From: Octopus bimaculoides
Lineage: Eukaryota
DNA length: 64,000 nucleotides
Assembly (NCBI RefSeq): GCF_001194135.2
Contig: NC_068993.1
Coordinates: 3,276,573 to 3,340,572, forward strand
Reading direction: 5' to 3'
Shown: one piece after another, positions 1 to 13,717 of the stretch
How positions within the stretch are numbered: the first letter of the stretch is position 1
Layout of the letters: each line of letters begins with the position of its first letter
Made by a program: the position numbers and the translations under genes
Notes under the pieces: generated by a model
Told to the model about the DNA's origin: nothing
The model's input: the letters and a program-made list of their open reading frames with translations, nothing else
The model's database searches: none

Positions 1-621
1 TCTCCTCTCACCATTACTCTCCTTTTAATCTAACTTCTTTCAGTCTCTACTTTCATTTTCTATCTCAACCTGTTTTCTCTCTATATCTCTATCTTTTCTC
101 ACTTTTCTACATTCAGTAACTCTTTCCCTCTCATACACTTTTACTCTCTATCTCTGTCTGCCCGTCTCTCTCTATCTATCTACCTGCCTATCTGCATATC
201 TATTTATTGACCTATCTATTTTACCTTGTTATAAGCCTATTTGATAGCTAGATAGAAAGACAGAAAAAACATAACCATTCCTCTAAATACTTTTGTCTTT
301 TATTTTTACATCTTCTTTCCTACACTCTAATACAACCCATTGGTAACTCAACAAAGATTTATTTCTACCCTTGCCAAAAATAAATAAATAACAAAATATG
401 AAAACTAAAACTGAAGCAAAAATAAATCACTTTATTATATTGATTTCGTTCCAGTTTATGATGGATGTTGTAAATCTCATAAATGACCACTTTGATTACA
501 TTAACTTTCACAGATGCCAATAGGTTTTGCTTCCATTCAACAAAATGGCCACCTGATAGCCAACAAATCTGATGGGCATAACACTGCACATATCACGCGA
601 AAGTAACATAGAGTAATGGGT

Positions 622-665
<44 letters not shown>

Positions 666-1273
666 AGATAGGATTATCTCTCTATCTAAAGTACATCGAA
701 GTGCTCAGTTTATTTGAGCCATAGAAAAATAGTAGAAACAATGAAGGGAGACAAAGGGTAGGTTACCAAAATATATTCTTTTGTGAAATCATTATATGCA
801 CCAAATCATGTGTTAAAAATATATAGATATATAAATATATTAAAATACATTAAAATATATAGATATAAATATATATAAATATGTTAAGAATATATTAAGT
901 GTGTACAAAAATATTTAGTCCTACTTACTTCTTAAAAACTATATTAAAATATAAGAAATATTGTAATTCCATAAGATTTATTATTCACTCAATCACAAAC
1001 TCCAAGGCAGATAGCTTAAACATGTGAATCAGGAGGTCGGTGGTGGCGCGGTTGCTAGCAGCTCTCCTATATTTGGTGATTCTGGAAGGAAGGCAGTATC
1101 TCAAAACCCAGGTCACCAGGTGGTGCATACTGGTTCCAGTAGAGCCATCGAGTTCGGTTGTGATGTGGGCTCCGAGTTGGACTTACCTCTGCTGATGATT
1201 TGTCGACCTCACGGTTGTAAGATCGGTGCTCTAATCACTGAGCCATGCACCTTCAGATATACATCTATACATA

Positions 1274-1328
<55 letters not shown>

Positions 1329-1364
1329 GCACACATGTATGTATATGTATGTATATATACACAC

Positions 1365-1510
1365 GGCGTTAGGAAGGGCATCCAACTGTAGAAACTCTGT
1401 CAAATCAAATTGGAGCCTGGTTTAGCCATCTGGTTTCACCAGTCCTCAGTCAAATCGACCAACCCATGCTAGCATGGAAAGCGGACGTTAAACGATGATG
1501 ATGATGATGA
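1365..1510 (+). mobile_element. RTE-clade LINE/SINE 3' tail ending in (GAT)n
   Basis: GGAAGGGCATCCAACTGTAGAAAC...CAACCCATGCTAGCATGGAAAGCGGACGTTAAAC(GAT)n; homologous copies at 62359-62452 and 15297-15316. Short tandem-repeat tails are typical of RTE elements. Confidence 0.7.
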
Positions 1511-1964
1511 TATATATATATACACACACACATACATACATGACTTGAATTATAATTTAATGATGACATTTGAGTGAAATAGTATACTGAGTACGCTTCA
1601 AGCTATAAATGTTTTATTCATTCTTTTCATTGATGAATAACAAAAAATATTTTAATTTAGCAATTTAACAAACTAACAATCGCCACAAGAAAGATTCCGA
1701 ATAAATTCCAAATACAACTAATTTTATTGATATTTCTTTAAAATTATAGAAATTCTATGCGATTATCTCGCGGTATTATGATATTACTTTTTTTCTCCTT
1801 ATATACTTTACTTATCTCACCTTATCTTTCATACTTTCTATGGTTCTTTCTCGTTTTCTTTCTTATCTTTCTGTATCTCTGCCTGACTACATACAATCAT
1901 TGAGTTTCATCTTGAAACTTGTCTTGATATTCATCAGGTAAAGATTACGATATATATATATATA

Positions 1965-2140
1965 GCCCAGGAGTGGCTGTGTGGTAAGTAGCTTGCTTAC
2001 CAACCACATGATTCCGAGTTCAGTCTCACTGCATGGCACCTTGGGCAAGTGTCTTCCACGAAAGCCTCGGGCCAACCAAAGCCTTGTGAGTGGATTTGGT
2101 AAACGGAAACTGAAAGAAGCCTGTTGCATATGTGTATATG
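1965..2140 (+). mobile_element. tRNA-derived SINE family A (CORE-like motif), 5' half
   Basis: Head GGAGTGGCTGTGTGGTAAGTAG...GAGTTCAGTC, CORE-like GCACCTTGGGCAAGTGTCTT, and body GCCTTGTGAGTGGATTTGGTAAACGGAAACTGAAAGAAGCC shared with 52538-52706 and 45065-45415. Confidence 0.85.
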
Positions 2141-3822
2141 TTGTGGTAGCAGACCATGAAACATGGTTGAAATTCCTCTACATATGTGTGAATGTATATC
2201 TATATCAGCTTTTATGCATACACGTACATACTCATATTTGGATGTATATTTGTTTCTACGTACATAGATATTTTTGCTGAACCTTTTTGGCCGAAATATG
2301 ATAAAAATAAAACTCTGATAGAAATTTAGCAGCTCTCCAACTGTTCTGGTTATTCTTCTTGTTCCTCCTCTTATTTTATTTTATTTATTCATTTCTATTT
2401 TCCATTATCGTATCATAACCTAAGCCTATGCCAACTTTTTAAACCTTCCTCTGTATAATCATTTTTAAAAAATTTTATAAATTTTCTTCATGTTATTTTT
2501 ATTTATATTTCATTGTGGTCTGTCTGCACATACAGCCTGTGAATTACACTCACAAACACACACATGCACACACACAATACACTAACATACACAAAAAATG
2601 CAATGCTTGCTTTATGATAGATGATTTATCAGCTCAAGACACCCATAGATGCATAATGTGCTATCTCGTCTCATCTATCTTTACTTCTTTGTTCATATTA
2701 ACTAAAGAAATCTTGAATGAAATTCAGAAATTTATTCCTAGGGGGTTTGCCTGGTAGAACTGTTGTGTGTAGAATAATAAAAAAAAAAGCAAAATAACAG
2801 ACCATAAATAAACAAAATATAATTCTGTTGAATTCTTTCTCCTATCAATATCTCATTGAATGATACAACAAATATGTATATGCATATGTATATATAAGAT
2901 ATATATATATGTGTGTAGGTAGGTATACACACACATATGTATGATATATATATATGTATTCGTGTGCATGTTTTTTTCTAGATTTTTAATAGTTTTTATT
3001 TTGTTATCTCTTATAAAACTGTAATGATTCTTTTTCTTATTTTATTCGTCTGATATGTTTTGCTGCATTGACAAAATTTAACATATGTCTCTAATATATT
3101 CACCAAGTAGGTGTCCTTATTTTCAACTGGAAAATCTTCTGACCCATGGTAAATAATTCAACGCTGCTGTAATCATAAAAAAATATAATATTACAGACTA
3201 CAACAATTATGAAATATTGAGCTCAACACATATACGCATACACATATATGCATACATACATCTCTTCGTCTCTCTATATATATGTGCGTGCGTGTGTGTG
3301 TGTATGTGTGCTCGTGTGATGAATTCACTATTTCATATAAAATAAGGAAATATCTGTATTGATGTTCAAATTTGAATTGTTGCACTGAATTTACAACTCT
3401 GGTATAAATATAAATATACAAATCTTTTGCTATATTCGTTATATGACTTCAACATTTTCTTCTGTTTATTTCGGAATGTGAAGCTTAAAGTTTGATACAG
3501 TAAGAAAAGATTTACCATCTGTCGTGAGTGTGCAGTGATCCACCTGCACAACCTGGCCAAGAGTAATTTTTCTATGCCTTTCGCCAAAACCTTTAGGATG
3601 TATGTATGTGTCTTATACATAGGCAAACCACTGAACCATAAAACAGGAAAGAACAACCATAGTCAATTATTCGTACATAGTCTAAAGTTTTACATGGAAA
3701 GATAAGAGTAGAAATGATGTTTCGAGCATGGCTCTTCATCAGATAGAGCAAAAGTATAGAGGAGAGAAAATGGTGGAGGGAGAAGATCGTCCATAGAAAA
3801 GCATGCATCATACACACACACA

Positions 3823-3884
<62 letters not shown>

Positions 3885-3885
<1 letters not shown>

Positions 3886-4092
3886 GTATATGTTTGTGTC
3901 TGAGTTTGTCCCCCGACATTGCTTGACAACCAATGCTGGTGTTTCTACGTCTCTGTAACTTAGTGGTTCGGTAATGGGGGCCGATAGAATAAGTACTAGG
4001 CTTACAAAGAATAAGTCCTGGGGTCGATTTGTTCAACTAAAGGCGGTGCTCCAGCATGGCCGCAGTCAAATGACTGAAACCATTGAAAAAGA
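3885..4092 (+). mobile_element. SINE family A, 3' half
   Basis: TTTGTCCCCCGACATTGCTTGACAACC...CTGGGGTCGATTTGTTCAACTAAAGGCGGTGCTCCAGCATGGCCGCAGTCAAATGACTGAAAC; it overlaps 52630-52706 and is the reverse complement of 5790-5985. Confidence 0.85.
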
Positions 4093-4509
4093 GTAATATG
4101 GTATACAGTTTCTAATTATATTGAACTCAGTAAAAAGCAGTGATTTCGTTGCCAATTTTTACGAAACTGAGTTACGTACAATTGATTCGCAGATCATCTA
4201 CTTTATCACTCATCACTAAGCTTACACTTCATTGTAAAGTACATCCACCTCTACTCATCTCAAAACGATCATGTATAACATCCATTCAAATTTACACCAT
4301 ACTGTAATTGTGTTTGCTCACAGGTCAGTTTGGTCATGGTGAATGGTAATTTGTCACAGGATGGTTCTAGGTTTCAAGCAGCACCAATCGAATAACTAGT
4401 CATTCGTACATCATCATATTTTGGAAATGACATATCTTAATAATTAAATTCAAATTGTTCACTGCATTCACAGGTTTTAGATAACTTGCTTCATAATCTC
4501 AACAATAAC

Positions 4510-4550
<41 letters not shown>

Positions 4551-4907
4551 GCGCTGGTAGTTGCTGGCATTTATAGAGAACTTATAAATGACTTTTAGCT
4601 GGCAGCTAGTGGCTTATTCAGATAAATTTATCAATCTTTTGCTCTTTCAACTCCAAGCCAACACTCCATGTTGTTTATCGCTGCTAGCTTGCTGTTCTGA
4701 TGACAAGTAAATGGTGTGTTATGGCAGGAGTTGTTTTGAAGACGATTTCAAAATATACACAAGTTTAATCACATTGAATGTGTAGTTACATGATATATGA
4801 GGCTGTAAAATGTGAGATAACTTTAATTTTTATGCCTGGATGTTACCATTCATGAAGCAAAGCTTTAGAGCAGCAATATTTGCCATGTGATATCAGTATC
4901 ATAATAA

Positions 4908-5048
4908 TTTTATGATGATGATGATGATGATGATAGCATCAACAGCAACAGTAAAAATGATTAGTATTATTATTGCTTTTGTCGTCGGCGTTGTTTTCTT
5001 CTTCTTCTTTTTCTTCTTCTTCTTCTTTTTCTTTTTCTTTTGCTTCTT

Positions 5049-5079
<31 letters not shown>

Positions 5080-5447
5080 GTAGTAGTAGTAGTAATTGTA
5101 GTAGTAGTAGTAGTATTGCTACTTATGTTATTGTTATAAGCATCTCAGCAACCATCTCCAGCACTGAAACAGCGAAATGTCTTTATAATCATCATTTGTT
5201 GTCGTCATCATCTTCGTCATCATTATCATCATCAACTTTTCCTCCTCCTCCTCCACCACTATGTCATCACCATCGTCATCATCATCATCGTCATCTCATT
5301 GATTTAGTTTTAGTTATCGTCACTACTGCCACGTGAATCAATAACAAAATCATCAATATTGATTTTGAATTAAAAAAATAAACATTATCATCATCCTTTC
5401 ATCCTCGCTATTACTATTATCATTAATATTATTATCATTATCATTAA

Positions 5448-5478
<31 letters not shown>

Positions 5479-5545
5479 ATATCATCATCATCGTTGTTGT
5501 TAGTAGTAGTAGCAGTGTTATTATTTAATTATTATTACTATCATT
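4908..5545. repeat. Compound trinucleotide microsatellite (GAT, TTC, TAG, CAT, CCT, TAT)
   Basis: Directly visible successive tracts, e.g. (TTC)n ~4995-5078 and (TAG)n ~5078-5115. Confidence 0.95.
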
Positions 5546-5789
5546 AATGGGAGGGAATTGGGAACTATTTGAGCAGAAGCTGTAGAGTGGGGAATGAATT
5601 GGCAAGCACTATATGCCCTCACTTCTCATTAGGTTGTGTGTTCAAATCCTGCGGGGGATACCTAATGCCTTTCATCGTTACGAGGTCACCGATTTCAAAT
5701 ACGAGTCAAGTAATGTGTCTGTGTAATTGTCTAAAACGCTCTGCTTCCAATTAATGGCAGTGTTCAATAATAATAATGATAACAAAAGC

Positions 5790-5985
5790 GGTCTTTTATC
5801 TTTCTAGTTGTTTCAGTCATTAGACTGCGGCCATGCTGGTGTACCACCTCGAAGAGTTTTTAGTTCAATGAATCGACCCCCACTACTTGTTTCAATTTTT
5901 GTACCTGGTATTTATCCTATGAAACTGATAAGTTACAGGAACGTAAACACACAGACACCGGTTGTCAAGTGGTGGTGGACATACA
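5790..5985 (-). mobile_element. SINE family A, 3' half
   Basis: GTTTCAGTCATTAGACTGCGGCCATGCTGG is the reverse complement of the 3' end of the 3885-4092 copy. Confidence 0.8.
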
Positions 5986-6608
5986 CATGTGTATATATAT
6001 ACATATACACATGGGTATATATATAGGCAGATAGTTGTTTTCAATGGAGATGATTTTTTCATGCCCAACTGATACTTTCTCCACTAGCTGCGATCTTTCT
6101 GGGTATTTGAAAGTCACCGTCAGTTCTTTTCTTTTTTTGTGATGTAGACGTTATTTTCGGCAAATTTAGTCTGTCTCTCATGTAGCCTATTGCGGGATTT
6201 GCTGTCAAAATGCAAGAACTAGAACTTGTATCACAAGGCTTCCAGTCCGACCGACTTACAGTTCCTTGAATCCAGCACTTTGGATTAATAATAAATTTTA
6301 TCAACATTAAATGGTACTCCGCAGAATTTGAACTCAGGACATAGAGAGTCAGATCAAATACGAGGAGACATTGCTGAAACGAAACTAATGAATGATTGTA
6401 TACATACATACATACATACATGCATTCATGCATGCATGCATACATACATACACGTATACATAAATACATCCAGGCATACACACATAAACACATGTGAATA
6501 AACACATGCAAACATATATACATACACACACATATACTCATACATATACATGCAGATATATCCTAATATATGCATATAATAAAAAAACAGTAGTGAGATG
6601 TATGTGTG

Positions 6609-6646
<38 letters not shown>

Positions 6647-7666
6647 TGAATATCCTTTCATACATTCATATATTTTTAACGTGTGTATATGTGCACAAAT
6701 ATAAGTTAGTCATGTAATGTGTTCACATACGCTTTATGATATGGAGTTTATACCAGAACATTACTGAAGATAAAATGACAGAATTATTACAAAAGTAGAC
6801 GTTTAGCTTCACGCGCCCTACTCACTGTGCTGCCATCATTAGGTTCCCAACCCCTGTTGTGACTATTGCAATTAATTGAGTTGGTGCCATTAAAAGTATA
6901 GGGATCATGGGCAGGGAAGTAGTGCATAGCTAAGTGGCAAAACAGAATTGCATACTCCTTAAGGTTTCTGCACATCATACCAATACAATATAGCGCATGC
7001 AATCTCTGATAGATAGTCAGCTTATTGATTTTGGTCAATGATCCGACAGACTTTCAGTGCTGAATTGAAATCATGTAAATGAGACGACTGGAAGAATAAA
7101 ATAATAGGCAGAAAATAAAATTAAATGAAGCCAAAAAGAAATACTGACGTATGATCAGAATGACTGAAAAAAAAAATAATAATGAAACAGAGGAGGTTGG
7201 AGTAGAAAACGATAATCAGGGGTTTTATGTAGGAAATAATTTAAAGAAAAAAATGGCAAATTTTGGGTTAAATGAAAAACTGCAATGTCGGAATAATTCC
7301 AGACACCACTTGGAGACAGGCTCAAAGAATTAAGCTAATGCAAAAGACAAGCATGGAAAGAATGGTTGTAGGTGTGAGGGGGAGTTAGTTGAGAGGTCAA
7401 TGGGATGTGTTGGGTATACAGGGCAATAATGAGTGTATTAATTGGCTAGCATACTCTGATAATGTCAAAAAGTGTTAAGACGGACAGATAATGGAGCACC
7501 AGTCCATTTACCCACCCTCAACTCCTCAATTACTCATTTGTGGACAGTAATTCTTGTCAGGAGAGAAAGAACTTACTAATCAAAAGGTTGATGTCAGGCA
7601 TTTTTCTCATTTTTGTTGAAATGATTCTTACACACTGTTACATTTTGTACTTAAACCCACACACAT

Positions 7667-7700
<34 letters not shown>

Positions 7701-8589
7701 TTATATATTTATATATGTATTTAGATGCATATGCGTGTGTATGTATATATGAATGCAGACATGGATCTATCTATGGCTACGTCAGTCTCTCTCCAAATAT
7801 ATATGTGTATGTGTGCGCGCACGTGCATGTGTGTATACAGATACATACACACACACACACACACTCACATATAGCAATTTGATTGCCTTTCTCTTGTATT
7901 ACTTTGCAGATCTTTTGATTATACATATATATGAATATGCGTGTGTGTATTTGTATGTGTGTATGATAGATTGATAGATATATATATAGACAGATAGATA
8001 TATAGACAGATAGATAGATAGATACATACATACGTACATCATACATACATACATACGTACATATATACATACATATCGGAATTACTCCTTAATTATCTGC
8101 AACATATTTTCATCTTATTGGCACAAAACTTATTTAGATGCACATCACTAGGCACTACTACCCTCCAATCGCTATTGTTTTACAGAAGGCATAGTCTCTG
8201 CTTTGTCACGTATCATTAGACATGGCCTCCGTATAGTCAGTCAGAAGAGACATAATCTCTCTTTCTTCATCTCTCTCTCTCTCTCTCTATTTCGCTCTCT
8301 TTCCCTCCCCCCTCTAGCCACACCTTGCTACACATGTTTTTTTTTCTCTTCTCACTGCAACTTCGAATTCGCAGCATCAATTATAATGTTGCTGTTAGAC
8401 ATCTATAGCCAATGCCCCTCTGATTTGAGTCTAGTCTATAGAATAGCAGCGTTTATCGACCATATTCAGTGCCATGGACGATATCCAGCAAGGCACACAG
8501 TATAATAACACAGTTTTACAGATAAATACTGTCTTAGAAAAAAAACAAACAAAAAACCCTGAAATAACGAGAGTTGTTCAAACAAGTGT

Positions 8590-9060
8590 CCCGTTTGAAG
8601 AACGACCGAAACTTCCACCACCATCTGTACTGGTGACCAACATTGAACGAATTCATGAAATGGCAAATATTATACAAAATAGTCGTGGTTCTGTATTCGA
8701 AATAATCCACAACACCCTTGAGTTTAGTAAGTTCTGTGCAAAGGAGAACACGTAATAACTTAGAGTATTGCATAAAAAATTCAAATTGCACGCGGCCAAT
8801 GATTTCGTTGTTATTATGCAAAAGTGTTGTAAATCCAGAATGTTTTTTCAGAAAACGAAAAAATAGTTTCACCATTCCATAGCAAAACCATTGTAATACA
8901 CTTTGACAATTGTTCATGTTTTGGCATCTGAAGCAGCTAGAGATACAATAGTTTGACCAAAAGAACTGACCATTGCAAGCAAAAATAAATATTGAAAAGA
9001 ACACATTTGGACAAGTTTGGATATACGACAGTTTAACATAATAGCAATGATTTAGATCGC
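8590..9060 (+). pseudogene. Decayed mariner (Tc1/mariner, DD34D-type) transposase fragment, HTH to linker region
   Basis: NIERIHEMANIIQNSRGSVFEIIHNTLEFSKFCAK resembles mariner NIERV....IS.GS..EIIHN.LGF.KVCARWVP. PKELT reappears at ~8957 after a ~210-bp interruption. No TIRs or catalytic domain are visible. Confidence 0.6.
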
Positions 9061-9725
9061 GGCAATAGCGAAGGTGAAATCGTGAAAAATCAAGTCGCTG
9101 GTGACAATTGCCATAATTTCTTTGCAGAAAATTCTTTGAAATGATTAATTATAATTAATCATTGCAAGATAAATTACTCAACCACTGTAAGCCCATTGTT
9201 CATGTGAATCTCTGAAACATTTTTCTTCAGAGAAATGAGCACAAATTAGCGTCAGTCGTATAACGCTACTTTTAATATATAGATGGCATCACTGAATAAT
9301 TAACATTAAATGACCCGATTTTTATAAAGAATTACTAATCTTTGTCCGCGTTTACTCATGAAGGATGATATCCACCTTCTAATATCATTAATACAATTAG
9401 TACGAAGACGTTTGTGTTTCAGTGATGACAGAGAGTGCCTATAAACATTTATAGGCACATTCATGATAGCCGAGAGAAAAGAAAGGAAGTTAATTTGGGA
9501 TCTTAGACATTCGCTATGAAAAGACTGGATTCTCTTTAAGGCACCAATGAGCTGTTGGTAGTTTTAAACCAGAAGATAAATTCTAACCTACCACCCAAAA
9601 CTATAACAAAAACAAAAGTCGTGACATTGATAAAACTGGTGGCATTTCCAGCCGAAACAAACAAGTAGAATGGCAGACTGCAATGAATAAATTGTTTCTG
9701 AGGAAAGAACACTGTGAGGCACAGT

Positions 9726-9855
9726 GAGTCTACCGAGGTCAACTTTGCCTTTCATCTTTTCGGGGTGCATAAAATAAGTAGCGGTTGAGCCCTGGGATTG
9801 ATGAAATCAACTTGCACCCTTCTCTAAAATTGCTGGCCTTGTGTCAAAATGAATA
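9726..9855 (+). mobile_element. tRNA-derived SINE family B, 5'-truncated
   Basis: CCGAGGTCAACTTTGCCTTTCATCTTTTCGGGG...GGCCTTGTGTCAAAAT matches the family B body seen at 30627-30841 and 58923-59142. Confidence 0.75.
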
Positions 9856-9895
9856 TGTATATATGTGTATGAATAAATATACAAATATCAAATAA

Positions 9896-9937
<42 letters not shown>

Positions 9938-10834
9938 TTCATTGGGTCACAGTTTATTATCGCTGATAATGATTACCATCATCAATAAGTTACAGTTAGG
10001 CCCTGTGAGATAATAAAACAGTAAGACTTTCCTTATTTCTGCTACTGGAAGAAGAATTGTGTGAAATGAAAACCCTCTGTAACTTTCAGACTGATGTTGC
10101 CAAAACTTCATCACAGCATCTGAATAGAATACCATTGTAATATATTTTGTTTTAGGAGGAATAATTATAATTATTTTAATGTCAAGGAATTGTCTTCTTA
10201 ACAACAACCAATTATTAAACTGGCTAAGTGCAGATATAATGCATTACTAACACTTGGAAGAAGACATTGGAATTTTTCCGTTGAAATAATTTTTATTACA
10301 ACTTTACATTCACTATACTTTCTTTTAATAGTTTAACAGTCTAGATAAGCTTTTAAATATATGCCTTGCTTTGCTGTATGCAATTTCACATGTTACAAAC
10401 ATTCTTACATTGTTAAGAACATTTTATACATGATATATATATATCATGTATGCATATAGAGATATACACATATACATACACATACATATATGATATATGC
10501 AAGTAGTCACACACACATAGAAATATATACATATACACATATATACGTATGTGTGTGTATATAGATATAAAAATATCTTCCCCCCCCTCTCTCTCGCTAT
10601 ATATATATATATACACATACACATAGTAACATACTCATTGATGCCCTTGTATAAACCTACTTCAGCTCTAGCCCAACATTATTACGGCGTTCAGTTAATC
10701 GGCAGGGAAAACCAGTTTCTATCCATATTTACATATCTTCACATGCACTATAAACACTGATTGTTTGAGTCACAAATTCTCGGCCCTGTTGAAAATTATA
10801 TGGAGTCAACTGTACAAAATAGTACAGAAAACGA

Positions 10835-10932
10835 TGTGTTTTGATCAAGAATGCAATACCCAGTCCAGGAATCGAACTATTGACCTATGATTGAGGTCCT
10901 AACATCTTAATCAGTATATGTTGCACCTTCCC
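10835..10932 (-). mobile_element. Decayed tRNA-like SINE head
   Basis: The minus strand reads GGAAGGTGCA...GATTAAGATGTTAGGACCTCAATCATAGGTCAATAGTTCGATTCCTGGACTGGG, with a B-box GTTCGATTCC. Confidence 0.5.
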
Positions 10933-10960
10933 ATAGCCAGTTGTTTACAAAATAGTAAGT

Positions 10961-11364
10961 ATTGGCTTAAATTATGGCACAAGACCATCAATTTCAAAGG
11001 AAGGGGTTAAGTCAATTACACTGACCACTATGCTCAACTGGTACCTATTTATCGACCCCGAAAGGAGGATGAAAGACAAAGTCGACATTGGCGGGATTTG
11101 GACTCAGAACGACGTGCTTCTAAGCATTTTGCATGGTCTGCTAACGAGTCTATCAGCACGCTGCCTTATACGATACAATAAATATTGATTTCAAATTTTA
11201 GTACAAGTCCATCAATTTCAGGAAAGGGGTTAATTCGATTACATCGACCCCAACTGGTACTTATTTTTTTGGCTCCGGTAGTATGAAAGGCCAAGTTGTC
11301 TTTGGCGGAATTTGAACTCTAAACATTTTGCTCGGTGTGATAATGATGCCACCAGCTGATCGCC
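10961..11364 (-). mobile_element. Two tandem family B SINEs (10961-11167 and 11183-11364)
   Basis: Both show TATTG..TT.AAATT...CACAAG.CCATCAATTTCA..GGAA.GGGGTTAA..CGATTAC and end in the reverse complement of the GGCGAGCTGGCAG head. Confidence 0.8.
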
Positions 11365-13673
11365 GTACACTACACACCAAGAACTGATAATCAATTTAAT
11401 AGACCATAAAGTCTCTTGCATAAATGTTTATCACAGTGATTACAATAGAAAGAGTCATCCCTCAGATCATAATTTGTTTCATTAGTTATTGTTGAGTGGG
11501 AGCAAGGTCAATTATTTAAGGGCGTGTGTATAATCTAATAAATTAATCCCAGTGTATTATGGTGGAATATATTGTTGGTTGTAGAAGAGAGCACGTAAAT
11601 GTCAGTCAAAGTGGGATTTACAGTCGCAACATAGATATACGAAACTAATTAATGTAAGCGATAGAAGTCACACAGAACAGTACGAATAGTAATTCAAATA
11701 CAGCGTTTAGGGAGCCTGTACATGATCTCACGATCAGCTAGAAATAGCAGCACGATTGCCTTCAATTATCATCCTTAATTTGTTAAATTTATCAATATTC
11801 ACAACAGCTACTACTATTACTACAACTACTACTGCTGCTGCTGACAGAATTTACAACTATCATTCGTCTGTAAATCCCCCCTCCCCAATGCACTCATACG
11901 CAAAACCTCTACTCAAACTGTTTCTACAAACATAACGCCAACATAATCATTCTTGTCATTCAAAAATCTAAATTGTCTCGTCTCAATAAGAACAAAACAT
12001 TATTGTCAACGTTAGAAGGAGGAGAAGAATATTCACACTACTCCCAACGGGTTATAAACTTTGACGAACTTCTCTCTATAGAAACATTTAATTTACACTA
12101 CAACAATTTGATACTTATGTAAAATAGCCCTTCTACCAAGTTTGAAGTCTCGTGGTTGTGTTAGAAATAATTATTAAAGATCGAAGAGGATGGTAGAATT
12201 AGGAGCCAATATATACTTTAAGCCGTTTAGTTTTTTTTTCCTTTTTGTTTCTACACATCACCATTATCTACTTAAGAATTCATCTTTCTACTTTCTGAGA
12301 TGGACATAGTAAGTGCCACTCAAATTCATGAACTGACCACGCTTCGCCATCCACAAAGCTAGATAAGCTATAATCTTATATATGATAAAACAAGATGTGT
12401 GTGTGTGTGTACAGGCCATTTTCTTTATTCCATTTAAAGTCAATATTTTTCATCCGATTTTGTTCATGCTGGGAGCATACATCACCTATGTTCCAGAGAT
12501 AGTCATAGACTCTTCAAATTTTCCACACAATGAATAATACCGCCCCTAGGGGATGAAAACACCTTCTCATAGGCAAATGGCAAATACCAATGATCGTTGT
12601 TTACAATGCCCATTTGCTACAAACCGCTGATATTTTTACATTAGCGCTTCTTTGAGACTGAAATATAGAAGATAAAATATTACAATTTCTATGATATTGT
12701 TTCAGAATGCTTGAACCAGTATTGCTTGAAAGCGTGAGCATGATTTTTTTTTTTTGGCCTTATCTACGTTCACTGTATGACTATCTATCCACGACGATCA
12801 TTATTTGCCGATTGAGTGCACCTAGGGTAAGGTGAACAATCCGAAGCGTTAAACTCCCATATATTTCATCCTTACTGTATATAATCAAGTAACTTATACT
12901 CCTCTTTGTATTCCCTCCAAACATTTTTTTTATTTATTTTCAAGCCGATCCAAAATTCACTTACTGAATAGATTGGTTCGGATTTATTTAAAGTAATTAT
13001 GAATGACCGTTTATATACATGACCAGTGCATAGATGGAGAGACTGTGTAACCATACAGCTAACTGAATTTTGATATAGAAAAACATATAAAGAAAGAAAT
13101 GAGAGGAAGTAAAAAAATGCCTAAACAATTTTAAAGAGTTTTCAATTTTCTTATAACTTCACGATTAATAAAAATATATAAAATATATTTTACATTTGGG
13201 ATGTAGAATTTAAAGTAATATAATAAAATGACAGAAATTATTCAATTCCAAAGATGTTCTCAGAAGGTTCTTCGTTTCCACTTCCTACGAATATTCTATG
13301 AATATGAAATATGTGCACTTATTTAAAACTTCATGCATTTGGCATTGAGTTAATTCTAGATATTTGGCCAAAAGCTGTTTACCATAAAAATGGAATAAAA
13401 GTTAAAAAAAGAAGCATAAAGTTTTCAATTTCTTTTCCAGTGTGTTTGCTCGTAGTAAAGTTGACATATCTCTGTTTTATATATTTCCTTTAAATGTCTT
13501 GTTGCTTCCAATATACTTGGTCCAATCTCTTCAACATAATTACCAGGAAGAAATCTTCAACTTCAGAATGAAAGAGCTCTACTACAGAAGCAAGGTAAAA
13601 CAATCTTGTCTTGCATAAGAACATATTTTTTCTCACTCAACACCCACGGGTCATTATATATATATATATATAT

Positions 13674-13717
13674 NNNNNNNNNNNNNNNNNNNNNNNNNNN
13701 NNNNNNNNNNNNNNNNN
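13674..13717. other. Assembly gap (N); others at 24797-24837, 27239-27705, 29361-29460, 44568-44967 and 53310-53912
   Basis: Runs of N, mostly abutting (TA)n tracts. Confidence 1.

Noticed and set aside
6063-6205. Possible terminal exon on the minus strand (good acceptor; NPAIGYMRDRLNLPK...SWA*)
   Set aside because: No homology recognised and no supported upstream exon.
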